Notes: generated by a model not told the origin, from the letters alone. Numbered from the stretch's first letter, positions 20,849 to 31,290 are shown. The stretch is 64,000 nucleotides of DNA from an uncultured Haloferula sp. (GCA_965652295.1 CBFGTS010000015.1:32001-96000); one strand, 5' to 3'. Translations and numbers: made by a program.

Positions 20849-21754
20849 TCAGAAGTATCCTTCCTTCTTGCGGTCTTCCATCGAGGTCTCGGAGCGTTTG
20901 TCGTCGGCGCGGTTGCCGCGTTCGGTCTGGCGGGCGGCGGCGACCTCCTCGATGATCTTGTCCATGGTGTCGGCATCGGACTCGACGGCGCCGGTGATGG
21001 TGGCGTCGCCCATGGTGCGGAAGCGGATCCGCTTGCGTTCGACCTTCTCGCCCTCGCGCGGCTGGACGAACTCGCTGACGGCGAGGATGGTGTTGTTGCG
21101 GGTGACGGTATCGCGCTCGTGGGCGTAGTAGAGGCTGGGGAGGACGATGTTCTCCCGCTTCATGTACATCCAGATGTCCATCTCCGTGAAGTTGGACAGC
21201 GGGAAGACCCGGAAGTGCTCGCCGGGGTGCATGCGGCCGTTGAAGAGGTTCCAGAGTTCGGGGCGCTGGTTCTTGGGGTCCCACTGGCCGAAGTCGTCGC
21301 GGTGCGAGAAGAAGCGTTCCTTGGCGCGGGCCTTCTCCTCGTCGCGGCGGCCGCCGCCGAGGACGGCGTCGAATTTCTGCTCCTCGATGGTGTCGAGCAG
21401 CGTCGTGGTTTGGAGGCGGTTGCGGGAGGCGTCGGGCCCCTTCTCCTCGGTCACCCGGCCCTTGTCGATGGAGTCCTGGACGGAGCCGATGACCAAGCGG
21501 GCACCCATTTTCTCGGCGAACTCGTCGCGGTACTGGATGGTCTCCGGGAAATTGTGGCCGGTATCGACGTGGACGAGCGGAAAGGGCAGGCGGGAGGGGT
21601 GGAAGGCTTTACGGGCGAGCCAGGCCATCACGATCGAGTCCTTGCCCGCGGAAAACAACAGGCCCGGATTCTGGAACTGGGCGGCGGTTTCGCGGAGGAT
21701 GAAAATCGCTTCGGCCTCCAGCTGATCGAGGTGGGAGAGGTTGTAGTTGGGCAT
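20849..21754 (-). CDS. cysD: Sulfate adenylyltransferase subunit 2
   Basis: SAGKDS, VDTGHNF, GGGRRDEEKARAKER, WDPKNQRPELW, RKKEGYF. Confidence 0.96.
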   Translation of the reverse strand: MPNYNLSHLDQLEAEAIFILRETAAQFQNPGLLFSAGKDSIVMAWLARKAFHPSRLPFPLVHVDTGHNFPETIQYRDEFAEKMGARLVIGSVQDSIDKGRVTEEKGPDASRNRLQTTTLLDTIEEQKFDAVLGGGRRDEEKARAKERFFSHRDDFGQWDPKNQRPELWNLFNGRMHPGEHFRVFPLSNFTEMDIWMYMKRENIVLPSLYYAHERDTVTRNNTILAVSEFVQPREGEKVERKRIRFRTMGDATITGAVESDADTMDKIIEEVAAARQTERGNRADDKRSETSMEDRKKEGYF

Positions 21755-21875
21755 TGGGTAAAAACTGAAATGCTGAAAATCTGAAACCGGCCGGTGCGGG
21801 GGCGCAGGAAAACGCCGTCCAAGGCGGCGACGCAAGTATTATTTACTTACTTGGGTAAGTTGGTAAGGTATTCCA

Positions 21876-22808
21876 CTACCGGGAACTGGGTTCCGCCAGG
21901 GCGCTGACCTCGTCGATCGTTGCGGCCAAGCCTTCTTCCAGGCTGCTGACGTGACGGAACCCGGTGGACAAGAGCTTTTCGATGGAAGCCATGGAGTGCT
22001 TCACGTCGCCGGCGCGGGTGGGCCGATGGTCGACAGAAGAGGTGGAACCGGTGAGGTGGAGAATCTCGCGGGCGAGGTGGTTGATCGTGATCCGGCTGCC
22101 ATAGCCGGCGTTGAAGGTGCCGTGGAGGCCGGGTGACGAGGCGACGTGGACCAGCGCCGCGACGATGTCTTTCACATAGATGAAGTCCCGGGTCTGCTCG
22201 CCATCTCCGAAAATGGTCAGCGGTTCTCCGTTCAAAGCCTTGTGGATGAAGATGGGTACCGCGGCGGCGTAGGCTCCGTTCGGATCCTGGCGCGGACCGA
22301 AGACGTTGAAGAACCGCAGGGAGGCGGTTTCAATCCTTCCTTCGCGGTGGAACATCTCCAGATAGTGCTCTCCGTCGAGCTTGGTGATCGCATACGGGCT
22401 CTTCGGCTCCGGTAGCATGGTCTCCCGCTTCGGAACGGTGGGGTTGTCCCCGTAAACCGCGGCGGAGCTGGCGAAGACGAGCTTGCGCACTCCGTTCGCG
22501 GCCGCGGCTTCGAGTACGTTCAGCAAACCCATGACATTCAGGCGTGCGCACTCGATGGGATCGTCCATCGACTCGGGGACCGAGACCAGTGCGGCAAGGT
22601 GGAAGACGAGGTCCACGCCCTCCATCGCTCGTTCGACCGCCGCCCGATCCGTGATGCAAGCCTCGTGCAAGGTGTGGCGGAATCCGTTGAGGTTCCTTGC
22701 GTAACCCGTGCGGAAGTTGTCGATCACCACCACCTCATGATCCGCGTGGAAATGTTCGACGAGGTGGCTGCCGATGAACCCGGCGCCGCCGGTGATGAGA
22801 ATTTTCAT
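21876..22808 (-). CDS. NAD-dependent epimerase (UDP-hexose/HexNAc 4-epimerase-like)
   Basis: TGGAGFIGSH, SPYAITK, RFFNVFGPRQDP. Confidence 0.88.
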   Translation of the reverse strand: MKILITGGAGFIGSHLVEHFHADHEVVVIDNFRTGYARNLNGFRHTLHEACITDRAAVERAMEGVDLVFHLAALVSVPESMDDPIECARLNVMGLLNVLEAAAANGVRKLVFASSAAVYGDNPTVPKRETMLPEPKSPYAITKLDGEHYLEMFHREGRIETASLRFFNVFGPRQDPNGAYAAAVPIFIHKALNGEPLTIFGDGEQTRDFIYVKDIVAALVHVASSPGLHGTFNAGYGSRITINHLAREILHLTGSTSSVDHRPTRAGDVKHSMASIEKLLSTGFRHVSSLEEGLAATIDEVSALAEPSSR

Positions 22809-22833
22809 GAGGGAAGAGATCCGTGATCGAACG

Positions 22834-23418
22834 TCACCCGGCGATGCCGGCGCTGCGGATCCACTCGAGGATCTCAAACACGGAGTCTTCGACGGAGAGT
22901 TTCTCGGTATCGAGCACCAGGCCGGGATCCTGGGGTTCTTCGAAGCCGCTGTCCTTGCCGGTAAACTGGGGAATTTCCCCCGCCTCGGCCTTGGCGTAGA
23001 GACCTTTGGGATCGCGCGCCTGACAGGTAGCGTAGCTGGCCTTGACGTAAATTTCCCGGAAGTCGCCGCCGAGGATGCCGCGGGCAAGATCGCGGAAGAC
23101 ACCCTTGGGGGTGATCAGCGAGCAGATGACGATCACCCCGTTGTCAGCCAGCACCTTGGCGAGTTCTGCGGTGCGGCGGATGTTCTCCATGCGGTCGTCA
23201 TCGCTGAAACCGAGATTGCTGTTGAGGCCGGTGCGGAGGTTGTCGCCGTCGAGACGGATCGCAAAGCGGCCTTGATCATGGAGCACGTGCTCAAGGGCTC
23301 CGGCGATGGTCGACTTACCCGAGCCGGAAAGCCCACAGAGCCACAGGACGGTGCCCTTCTGACCGAGCAGGGTTTCCTTGTGGTGGCGCGGGAGCGTGGC
23401 GTGGGGGTGGATGTGCAT
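22834..23418 (-). CDS. cysC: Adenylyl-sulfate kinase
   Basis: GLSGSGKST, LDGDNLR, RDPKGLY. Confidence 0.95.
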   Translation of the reverse strand: MHIHPHATLPRHHKETLLGQKGTVLWLCGLSGSGKSTIAGALEHVLHDQGRFAIRLDGDNLRTGLNSNLGFSDDDRMENIRRTAELAKVLADNGVIVICSLITPKGVFRDLARGILGGDFREIYVKASYATCQARDPKGLYAKAEAGEIPQFTGKDSGFEEPQDPGLVLDTEKLSVEDSVFEILEWIRSAGIAG

Positions 23419-23462
23419 GGAGCGTATAGCGGGAAGCGCGATTCGGCGGCGCGTTCTTTTCG

Positions 23463-24221
23463 TCAGTCTCTGGAATGATCGAGCAGAGTGTAGAAAATGA
23501 AACGGGAATTGTGGGTCAGGTAACGTTTGAAAAGCCGCCGCGGCTCGCAGGCCATGCGATAGGCCCATTCCAAGCCGGTTTTCTGAAGAAGCGGAGGTGC
23601 CTGGGCGACCTCTCCGGCATGGAAAGCGAAGGCCGCGCCGATTCCGAAATAGACCCCCGGGGGCAGCTCGTGCTTGTGACGGGCAATCCAGTGTTCCTGT
23701 TTCGGGCAACCGAGCCCGACCCAGATCAGATCGGCACCGGAGTCGAGGATACGGCCGCGGATGCGATCGAATTCGTCCTCCGGCCATTCGCCAAAGGGAG
23801 GCGAATAGGCCCCGGCGATCTCAGCCTTGGGAAAACGGGCCGCAAAGGTCCCGCGGAGCTTGGCGAGGGTGGACTCCTTCCCGCCGAGCAGGAAATGCCG
23901 GTGCCCGCTCCGCTGCTCGGTGGCCCGGAGGGTTTCCAGCATCAGGGTGGGACCGTAAACGCGATCGGTGAGCCGCTCGGCCGGAGCGAGGCTGACATTC
24001 ATCACCCACACGAGCGGCATGCCGTCCGGAACGCAGAGGTCGAAGGCGCGCATGGCACCACCGAAACCTTCATCGGCTCTCGCCATCGAAGCGACGTGGG
24101 TGTTCGCCGCCTCCACAGCGTAGGCACGGTCGCGACGCGCGGCGCGGTCGAGAATCCAATCGACGGCACCCGCATAGTCGGTGGCGGCGAGAGGAAGACC
24201 GATGACGGAAATGGATTTCAA
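23463..24221 (-). CDS. WecB/TagA/CpsF family (GT26) glycosyltransferase
   Basis: PDGMPLVW, VGLGCPKQE, GLEWAYR...EPRRL..RY. Confidence 0.92.
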   Translation of the reverse strand: MKSISVIGLPLAATDYAGAVDWILDRAARRDRAYAVEAANTHVASMARADEGFGGAMRAFDLCVPDGMPLVWVMNVSLAPAERLTDRVYGPTLMLETLRATEQRSGHRHFLLGGKESTLAKLRGTFAARFPKAEIAGAYSPPFGEWPEDEFDRIRGRILDSGADLIWVGLGCPKQEHWIARHKHELPPGVYFGIGAAFAFHAGEVAQAPPLLQKTGLEWAYRMACEPRRLFKRYLTHNSRFIFYTLLDHSRD

Positions 24222-24251
24222 AGCGGTGGTCGGAGAATAGAACGGGCGCGT

Positions 24252-24611
24252 TCAGCGACGGCCCCGCAAAACCAGTCCCAATTCGGATTCCAACTGGCGG
24301 GTGAGCCCGATCGCCCAATCGAGATCGTCCAGGGACTCCGAGCGGAGGGAGTCGGTGAAGGCGTGGCCTACGGCGCGGGCGGCGGAGCGAGCGGCGGCCA
24401 GCAGCCCGCGCGATTCACGCCCGGCTGGCCGGTCGAAGCTCTCGGCCACGAGGGAGGCCGGCCGGGCACCGAGGCGGCGGAGCCAACGGGCCAGGTGAGG
24501 GTTTCCCCGCCGTTCAAGCTCACGGGCAATGAGCATGGTTTCCACCGCCAGGTCCCGGGCATCGAGCCAGGCTTGGAATTCTTCAAATCGAGGTGGAGGA
24601 CCGCTTTTCAT
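24252..24611 (-). CDS. Divergent four-helix-bundle (23S IVP-like) protein
   Basis: RFEEFQAWLDARDLAVE and LRR...ASLVAESFDR...LLAAARSA align by eye with the FEDL..WQ.AR.L / RRA..S..SNIAEGF.R...FL.IA.GS consensus. Confidence 0.55.
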   Translation of the reverse strand: MKSGPPPRFEEFQAWLDARDLAVETMLIARELERRGNPHLARWLRRLGARPASLVAESFDRPAGRESRGLLAAARSAARAVGHAFTDSLRSESLDDLDWAIGLTRQLESELGLVLRGRR

Positions 24612-24646
24612 CAGCTCTTTCGTTTCCCTCCCGGACACCCGGAGGA

Positions 24647-25726
24647 TCAGCGACAGTAGGGTTCAATGGGACGCAACCCGTCGCAGGCGGTCAATGCGCT
24701 TTCGCGCGCAGCAGAATCGCCAAACAGGTAGAGGGCGTAGCCACCGTGCCCGCCACCGCAGTACTTTTTCGCCACATTGCCGGGGATTTCGGGCAAGGGT
24801 TTCATCCCTTCATCGAGCTGCGCCTCATGGTAAACCGCCACCGCGCTGGCAAGCAGGGAGAGATCGGACCGGAGGACCGCCTCTCGCGCAAGATCGCCAC
24901 TGGCAGCGATGCGGTCGTAGTCGCGCGACCGGCCGACGTAACCGGGTGTGTCGTGAGGGCTTCCGGTCCAGAAAATCGCCATCCGACCTTTGAGGAAGTC
25001 TCCGCTTTGCTTGAAGTCGAGAACCGGCGCTGGGCCGGAGCGCCAGACGCACAGGCCTGTTTCGTGGATCACCGCAGGGTCCTGCCAGCCGACACCGAGA
25101 TCGATTTCGGATTCAATCCCGCAGCGCCCGTTCAGGAGCGCCCAGGCACCGCTGCCGCCGAGGCCGGCTTGTCTTTCGTAGGGCCACTCACGGAGCGAGA
25201 CAAAGGGTGTGATCGCGCAGTTGACCACATAGGCACCCTCGCGGGCGAAAGCCGGGACATCGAGCCAGCCACCGGCGAAATCCACCCTCAACGGTGCCTC
25301 GCTCGGTGCCCGGACCCAGCGGACGATGGATGAAGTCGAGACCGGCTCGAACTTCGGCGGTGTCTTGGGAAGGAGGACGTAGCGGGCACCGATTTGATCG
25401 CAGAGGTCACGCTTGAGGTGCCCGTACTGGTCGTCCTCGGTGACGGCGAGGACGTCGGGCTTGAGCCGCAGGAAGTGGTCTTTGAAGTCCAGGCCTTCTT
25501 CGTGGCTATCGCCGATGACGACCTGATCAACGACCCGCATGCCTTCGAGCAGTGCTTTCTTGTGCTGGTCCGGAATGGAGGGCTTCCGGCGCTTGTGGAT
25601 CCAAAGCACTTCCTCCGAGGCGAACGACACGGTGAGGTGATCACCGAGTGCCCGCGCTTCCTCGAAGAACTGGAGGTGACCTCCATGAAGGATGTCATAG
25701 CAACCGCTGACGAAGACCTTCTTCAA
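24647..25726 (-). CDS. Cytidylyltransferase-like domain fused to GHMP-kinase-like domain
   Basis: SGCYDILHGGH (HxGH); APLRVDFAGGWLD, GLGGSG, KYCGGGHGGY. Confidence 0.78.
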   Translation of the reverse strand: MKKVFVSGCYDILHGGHLQFFEEARALGDHLTVSFASEEVLWIHKRRKPSIPDQHKKALLEGMRVVDQVVIGDSHEEGLDFKDHFLRLKPDVLAVTEDDQYGHLKRDLCDQIGARYVLLPKTPPKFEPVSTSSIVRWVRAPSEAPLRVDFAGGWLDVPAFAREGAYVVNCAITPFVSLREWPYERQAGLGGSGAWALLNGRCGIESEIDLGVGWQDPAVIHETGLCVWRSGPAPVLDFKQSGDFLKGRMAIFWTGSPHDTPGYVGRSRDYDRIAASGDLAREAVLRSDLSLLASAVAVYHEAQLDEGMKPLPEIPGNVAKKYCGGGHGGYALYLFGDSAARESALTACDGLRPIEPYCR

Positions 25727-25771
25727 AGCTGAAATCCCAAGTAATGCGTCCCGCTGTCCGGCCTTTCAGCT

Positions 25772-26887
25772 TTACTCCTTGGCGACCGAAACACGGTGGC
25801 CGTGAGCCTTGAGCAGCGCGTGTCGCTTGGCGACGTCGAGGTCGCTGGCGACCATTTCGGCGCACATCTCCTCGACGGTGATCTCCGGCACCCACCCGAG
25901 CTTGTCTTTGGCCTTGGAGGGATCGCCCAGCAGCGTTTCCACCTCCGCGGGGCGGAAATAGCGGGGATCGACGCGCACGATAACGTCGCCGATTTTCACG
26001 CCCGGGGCGTTGTCGCCTTCCACCGCGGTGATGGTGGCGATTTCATCCACGCCCTCGCCGCTGAACTCGACGATGATGCCGGCTTCCTTCGCCGACATCC
26101 GCACGAATTCGCGGACCGAGATCTGCTTGCCAGTGGCGATGACGTAGTCCTCGGGTTCGTCCTGCTGGAGCATCATCCACTGCATGCGGACGTAGTCCTT
26201 GGCGTGGCCCCAGTCGCGCAGGGCATCCATGTTGCCGAGGTAGAGGCAGGGCTCCAGGCCCTGGGCGATGTTGGCGATCCCGCGGGTGATCTTGCGGGTC
26301 ACGAAGGTCTCGCCGCGACGCGGGGACTCGTGGTTGAAGAGGATGCCGTTGCAGGCGTAGATGCCGTAGGATTCGCGGTAATTCACCGTGATCCAGTAGG
26401 CATACATCTTGGCCACCGCGTACGGAGAGCGGGGATAGAACGGGGTGGTCTCCTTTTGCGGAGTCTCCTGCACCAAGCCGTACAACTCGGACGTGGAGGC
26501 CTGGTAAAAGCGGGTCTTCTTTTCGAGGCCCAGGAAGCGGATCGCCTCCAGAAGGCGCAGCGTGCCGATGGCGTCAACATCCGCGGTGTATTCAGGCGCT
26601 TCGAAGGAGACCGCCACGTGGGACTGGGCACCCAGGTTGTAAACCTCATCCGGCTGCACCTCGCTGAGGATACGGGTCAGGTTCGAGGTGTCGGTCAGGT
26701 CGCCGTAGTGGAGGCGGAAGCGGGCATGCTCGACGTGGGGATCCTCGTAAATGTGATCGACCCGCTGGGTGTTGAAAAGCGAGGCCCGGCGTTTGATGCC
26801 GTGAACTTCATAGCCTTTCTCGAGGAGGAACTCGGCAAGGTAGGAACCGTCCTGACCGGTGATGCCGGTGATAAGTGCTTTTTTCAT
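25772..26887 (-). CDS. gmd: GDP-mannose 4,6-dehydratase
   Basis: [40 protein letters not shown]. Confidence 0.97.
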   Translation of the reverse strand: MKKALITGITGQDGSYLAEFLLEKGYEVHGIKRRASLFNTQRVDHIYEDPHVEHARFRLHYGDLTDTSNLTRILSEVQPDEVYNLGAQSHVAVSFEAPEYTADVDAIGTLRLLEAIRFLGLEKKTRFYQASTSELYGLVQETPQKETTPFYPRSPYAVAKMYAYWITVNYRESYGIYACNGILFNHESPRRGETFVTRKITRGIANIAQGLEPCLYLGNMDALRDWGHAKDYVRMQWMMLQQDEPEDYVIATGKQISVREFVRMSAKEAGIIVEFSGEGVDEIATITAVEGDNAPGVKIGDVIVRVDPRYFRPAEVETLLGDPSKAKDKLGWVPEITVEEMCAEMVASDLDVAKRHALLKAHGHRVSVAKE

Positions 26888-26966
26888 GAGAGCGGAGAGA
26901 GGAAAGAGGAGAGGAGGGCTGCAAGGCCCTCTATCGCTGGGATGAAGAATGCCAAAGGTAAGGCGA

Positions 26967-26990
26967 TGCCGATTTCATAATCGGCGCTCC
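26967..26990. repeat. REP-like palindrome, copy 2
   Basis: Identical to 19461-19484. Confidence 0.75.
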
Positions 26991-27000
26991 GGGCGCTCCT

Positions 27001-27939
27001 TCAAAGCCTGGCGGCGCCGGCTTCGAGGGAGGTGAGGAAATCCTGATAGGCACCGGCGAGGCCTTCTTCGAGGGAGATCGCGGGAGCCCAGCCGGTGCTG
27101 CGGATGAGCGTGTTGTCCATCAGCTTGCGCGGGGTGCCGTCGGGCTTGGTCGGATCGGTCTTGATGGCACCCTCAAAGCCGACCGTTTTCGCCACCAGCG
27201 TGGCCAGGTCGAGAATGGTGACGTCATCGCCGTAGCCGACGTTGACCCAGTCGGGCGGGTCCGCGAGGCCGAGGAGGTGGAAGCAGGCTTTCGCCAGATC
27301 GTCGGTGTGGAGGAACTCGCGACGCGGCGCGCCGGTGCCCCAGATGGTGACCTCGTCCGCACCGGCTTCCCTGGCTTCATGGAAGCGGCGGATGAGGGCG
27401 GGAATGACGTGGGAATTCTCGGCGTGGTAGTTGTCGCCGGGGCCGTAGAGGTTCGTCGGCATCGCCGAATGGTACATCAGGCCGTGCTGCGCGCGGTAGT
27501 GCTGGCACATCTTCAGGCCGGCGATCTTGGCGATGGCGTAGGCCTCGTTGGTGGCCTCCAGCGGACTGGTGAGCAGGCAGTCCTCGGGCATCGGCTGCGG
27601 CGCGCGCTTCGGGTAGATGCAGGAAGAGCCGAGGAAAAGCACGCGCTCGACCCCAGCCTGGCGGCAGCCTTCGATCGAGTTCGCGGCGATGGCGAGGTTC
27701 TCGTAAATGAAGTCGGCCGGATAGGTCGAGTTTGCGTGGATCCCGCCGACCTTGGCCGCGGCGATGATCACGATGTCCGGCTTTTCCGCGGCCAGGAAAG
27801 CGAAGGTGCCCGACTGGTCGCAAAGATCGACGCGGCTCCGTCCGGCGGTGAGGATTTCATAGGTTCCAAGGCGCTCCGCCTCGCGCACGAGAGCGGATCC
27901 CACCATGCCGCGGTGGCCTGCGATGAAGATCTTTTTCAT
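27001..27939 (-). CDS. fcl: GDP-L-fucose synthase
   Basis: [44 protein letters not shown]. Confidence 0.96.
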   Translation of the reverse strand: MKKIFIAGHRGMVGSALVREAERLGTYEILTAGRSRVDLCDQSGTFAFLAAEKPDIVIIAAAKVGGIHANSTYPADFIYENLAIAANSIEGCRQAGVERVLFLGSSCIYPKRAPQPMPEDCLLTSPLEATNEAYAIAKIAGLKMCQHYRAQHGLMYHSAMPTNLYGPGDNYHAENSHVIPALIRRFHEAREAGADEVTIWGTGAPRREFLHTDDLAKACFHLLGLADPPDWVNVGYGDDVTILDLATLVAKTVGFEGAIKTDPTKPDGTPRKLMDNTLIRSTGWAPAISLEEGLAGAYQDFLTSLEAGAARL

Positions 27940-28018
27940 GAATTCAGGAGAGCGGCTCTGTAAGCCGCTGAACGGATGAACGGGGCGCTTGTTGAAGCGG
28001 CTTGCAAAGCCGCTCTCC

Positions 28019-29335
28019 TCACGCCTTCACCACCTGCCCTGGCCTCGTTTCCACCGATGCCATGGCGTTGCGGGTATCGACGATGAGATCAGCGGCGGCG
28101 GCGAGCTGTGGCAGATCGAAGGCCTGATGGTGGGTGGAAATCACCACACAATCCTGCGCGCGGAGGTTTTCCGCGGTCCAGGAAAGCGATTCCATGCCCG
28201 CCCACTCCATGTGCTCGCGGGTGGGACCGACGACCGGGACGTGCGGATCGTGATAGGCGACTTCGGCACCGAGCCGCTTGAAGCCGTCGAGCAGTGCGAA
28301 GGTCGGCGATTCCCGCATGTCATCGACGTCCGCCTTGTAGGCGAGGCCGAGCAACAGGATGCGACTGCCCCTCACCGCCTTGCCGCGGGAATTGAGCGCC
28401 TCCATGGTACGATGGATGACGTAGTCCGGCATCGCCCGGTTGACCTCCCCGGCGAGCTCGATGAAACGGGTGTGGACGCCATATTCGCGCGCTTTCCAGG
28501 TGAGGTAGAAAGGGTCGATCGGGATGCAGTGGCCACCGAGACCGGGGCCGGGGTAGAAGGCCTTGAAGCCGAAGGGCTTGGTCGAGGCGGCGCGGATGAC
28601 CTCCCAGATGTCGATCCCCATCCGATCGGCGGCGATCTTGAGTTCGTTGACCAGGCCGATGTTCACCGCGCGGTAGATGTTTTCCAGCAGCTTGGTGAGT
28701 TCGGCCACCTTGCACGAGCTGACCGGCACGACCTCATCGAAGACCGCGCCATAGAGCGCCACCCCGGCTTCGAGGCAGGCCGGGGTCACGCCACCGACGA
28801 CCTTCGGGATGTTGGTGGCGGCGAAGTCGGGATTGCCCGGGTCCTCGCGTTCCGGCGAATAGACGACGTGGATGTCGGTTCCCACCACAAAGCCGGCGGC
28901 CTCGACGCGGGTCACCAGTTCCTCATCGGTGGTTCCGGGGTAGGTGGTGCTTTCGAGGCTGACGGTCTGGCCTTTCCGCAAGTGCGGGACGAGCGAGTCG
29001 ATGGTCGCCGTGACGTAGCTGAGGTCGGGCTCGAAATGCTCGTCCAGCGGCGTGGGCACGCAGAGGATCAGCGCGTCACATTCGCTCGCGCGGGAAAAAT
29101 CCACCGTGGCATCGAGATTCCCGCCCGACTTCGCTGCGGTGATCTGCGAATCGGGAATGTGCTTGATGTAGGTACGTCCGACGGCGAGCGCCTCGGGCTT
29201 GGCGGGATCGATATCGAAACCGATGGCCCGGTATCCGGCGCGGGCGTAGGCCAGCAGCAGCGGCAGGCCGACGTAGCCGAGGCCGACGACGCCGATCACA
29301 CGGTCATGGGAAAGAGTTGGAGTAGGGTTGCTCAT
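28019..29335 (-). CDS. UDP-N-acetylhexosamine 6-dehydrogenase (WbpA/WecC family)
   Basis: [36 protein letters not shown]. Confidence 0.92.
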   Translation of the reverse strand: MSNPTPTLSHDRVIGVVGLGYVGLPLLLAYARAGYRAIGFDIDPAKPEALAVGRTYIKHIPDSQITAAKSGGNLDATVDFSRASECDALILCVPTPLDEHFEPDLSYVTATIDSLVPHLRKGQTVSLESTTYPGTTDEELVTRVEAAGFVVGTDIHVVYSPEREDPGNPDFAATNIPKVVGGVTPACLEAGVALYGAVFDEVVPVSSCKVAELTKLLENIYRAVNIGLVNELKIAADRMGIDIWEVIRAASTKPFGFKAFYPGPGLGGHCIPIDPFYLTWKAREYGVHTRFIELAGEVNRAMPDYVIHRTMEALNSRGKAVRGSRILLLGLAYKADVDDMRESPTFALLDGFKRLGAEVAYHDPHVPVVGPTREHMEWAGMESLSWTAENLRAQDCVVISTHHQAFDLPQLAAAADLIVDTRNAMASVETRPGQVVKA

Positions 29336-30510
29336 CCGACGGAAGAATAACGGTCGATCAACTTTTCGGCCTCCTTGAGGGCCATTCCGGTGACCTGATC
29401 CATGTTGTAGTAGCGGTAGGTGCCGAGGCGCCCGATGAAGCTGACGTTTTCCTCCAGCCCGGCCAACGCGGCGTATTTTTCGTACGCCGCAGCGGCGTCC
29501 GGCGCGGGGATCGGGTAGTACGGTTCGTCCTCCGGCGTCCAATCCTTCGGGTATTCGCGGACGATCGTCGTCGCTTCGGTATCCTGTCCGGTCGCGTGCT
29601 TGATTTCCACGATCCGGGTGTAGGGCACGTCCGGGTCCGGATAGTTCACCTGCATCGCCGGTTGCCAGAAGCCCTCTTTGCCCGCGATTTCGCGGCGCGT
29701 TTCAAGTTCATCCGCGGTGAAGCTCTCGTGCTCGAAACGGAGCGAACGGTAGGGTAAGGCGCCGAAACGGCGGCCATAGTACTCGTCGATCGGACCGGTG
29801 AACACCAGGTGCTTCCAGCTCCAGCGCTCCTTCGCCTCATGGAAATCCGTTTCCAGCGCGAGTTCCAGCCCCGGCGAGGCGGCGATCATCCGCTCGAACA
29901 TCCGCGTGTAGCCCTCGTCCGGCAGCGCTTGGAACGATTCCTTCAGGTAGCGGTCGTCGCGGTTGGTCCGGATCGGAATCCTTCCGCACACCGAGGCGTC
30001 GAGCTCGCGCGGGTGCCGCTTCCACTGCTTGATCGTGTAGCCTTCGAAGAACAGTTCATACAACTCGCGGCCGACCTGTGAGACGATGACCTCCTCGGAG
30101 TTCGCCGGTTGCTCCACCGGCTCACGGTGTTCTTCGAGCCACGCTTCGAACTCCCCGCTGGTGGCCGGACGACCGATCAGTTCCTCGAAGGTGTTGAGGT
30201 TGATTGGAAAACTCCAGTAGCGCCCGCGGGTAAAGCTCTTGATGCGGTATTCCACCGGCCGCCAACCGGTGAATTGCGAGAGGTAATCGACGATCCGCGA
30301 GGAGTTGCTGCGGAAATAATGGGGGCCGTAGGTGTGGATGAGCACGCCGGCCTCATCCGGTGCGTCGTAGGCGTTTCCCCCGAAATGCGCACGGCGATCG
30401 ATGACCGTGCAGCGAAATCCCGCGTTGCTGAGCCTTTCCGCGACCACCAGCCCCGCAAAGCCCGCTCCCACGATGAGGAAGTCGATGGCTTGCGGCGATT
30501 CAGCGGACAT
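29332..30510 (-). CDS. glf: UDP-galactopyranose mutase
   Basis: [33 protein letters not shown]. Confidence 0.94.
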   Translation of the reverse strand: MSAESPQAIDFLIVGAGFAGLVVAERLSNAGFRCTVIDRRAHFGGNAYDAPDEAGVLIHTYGPHYFRSNSSRIVDYLSQFTGWRPVEYRIKSFTRGRYWSFPINLNTFEELIGRPATSGEFEAWLEEHREPVEQPANSEEVIVSQVGRELYELFFEGYTIKQWKRHPRELDASVCGRIPIRTNRDDRYLKESFQALPDEGYTRMFERMIAASPGLELALETDFHEAKERWSWKHLVFTGPIDEYYGRRFGALPYRSLRFEHESFTADELETRREIAGKEGFWQPAMQVNYPDPDVPYTRIVEIKHATGQDTEATTIVREYPKDWTPEDEPYYPIPAPDAAAAYEKYAALAGLEENVSFIGRLGTYRYYNMDQVTGMALKEAEKLIDRYSSVG

Positions 30511-30557
30511 TCCAGAAGGTCGGGGTTGAGGCCATTGGGGAAGCGGGGCGTTCCGGG

Positions 30558-30569
30558 CACGCTGCCGCC
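30558..30569 (-). promoter_or_regulatory. ops-like element GGCGGCAGCGTG
   Basis: 11/12 match to the E. coli ops GGCGGTAGCGTG; lies in the operon leader next to an RfaH-like gene. Confidence 0.65.
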
Positions 30570-30690
30570 CGTGGTCGCTTGTCCTCTCAACGGACAAAAC
30601 CAAAGGGTGGGGGCTCGAAAATCGTGGTTCTCCGGAGGACCCTCATGCGCGGTCCCGGCGGACGCCTCGATGCATGCCGCATCCGGATAA

Positions 30691-30712
30691 TTGTTCAATT
30701 CAAAATGAACAA
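30691..30712. promoter_or_regulatory. Palindromic operator candidate TTGTTCA-N8-TGAACAA
   Basis: Perfect 7-bp arms; near copy at 31821-31842. Confidence 0.65.
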
Positions 30713-30750
30713 ATTCCGCGTTCGTGGAAGTCGCGGAAAAAGCGCTGGAC

Positions 30751-31290
30751 TCAGGGATTCGGGCGCTTCGGCAGCAGCAGGGCGTAGAGATCGACATCGA
30801 CCACCTGCTCCTGGCCCAGAAATTCCAGCAGCACCCGCACGCGCTCCCGACCCGGCAGAACTTCCACCACCCGTCCTTCGAATCCCCCCAACGGTCCATG
30901 AGCCACCTCCACCTCGTCACCGCGCTCGATCTTCGGCGCGAGGGTCAGCGTCTCCCCTTCGATCGATTCGTGTTCCCGGACTTCCCGACGCAGCGCCTCG
31001 ACAAAGCTCTCCGGCACCTCCGGGACGAAACTTCCGAACCTCACCAACCCGGTCACTCCTTGGGAAAACTCGACCATGCGACGCATCTCCGTGAGGTCGA
31101 AACGCGCCAGAACGTAGCCGGGAAACATCGCCTCCACCCACCACACTTTCCCCCGCCGGGTCGCTTTCCGGTAGCGCAGGCGGGGGCAGAAAACGTCGAC
31201 GTCCTCAAGATCGCGAAGATGCTCCGCCACGACGTGCTCCCGCTTCGGCGCGGTCTTCACGCAGTACCATTTCGGTCCGCCGTCGCTCAC
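30751..31290 (-). CDS. NusG-family antiterminator (RfaH/UpxY-like)
   Basis: NGN domain WYCVKT.P.RE...MFPGYV; KOW domain GDEVEVAHGPLGGFEG...RVRVLLEFLG. Confidence 0.9.
   Translation of the reverse strand: MSDGGPKWYCVKTAPKREHVVAEHLRDLEDVDVFCPRLRYRKATRRGKVWWVEAMFPGYVLARFDLTEMRRMVEFSQGVTGLVRFGSFVPEVPESFVEALRREVREHESIEGETLTLAPKIERGDEVEVAHGPLGGFEGRVVEVLPGRERVRVLLEFLGQEQVVDVDLYALLLPKRPNP

Noticed and set aside
24252..24611. DGR accessory (Avd) gene
   Set aside because: No reverse transcriptase or TR/VR pair; the fxsA repeat mismatches are not adenine-specific.
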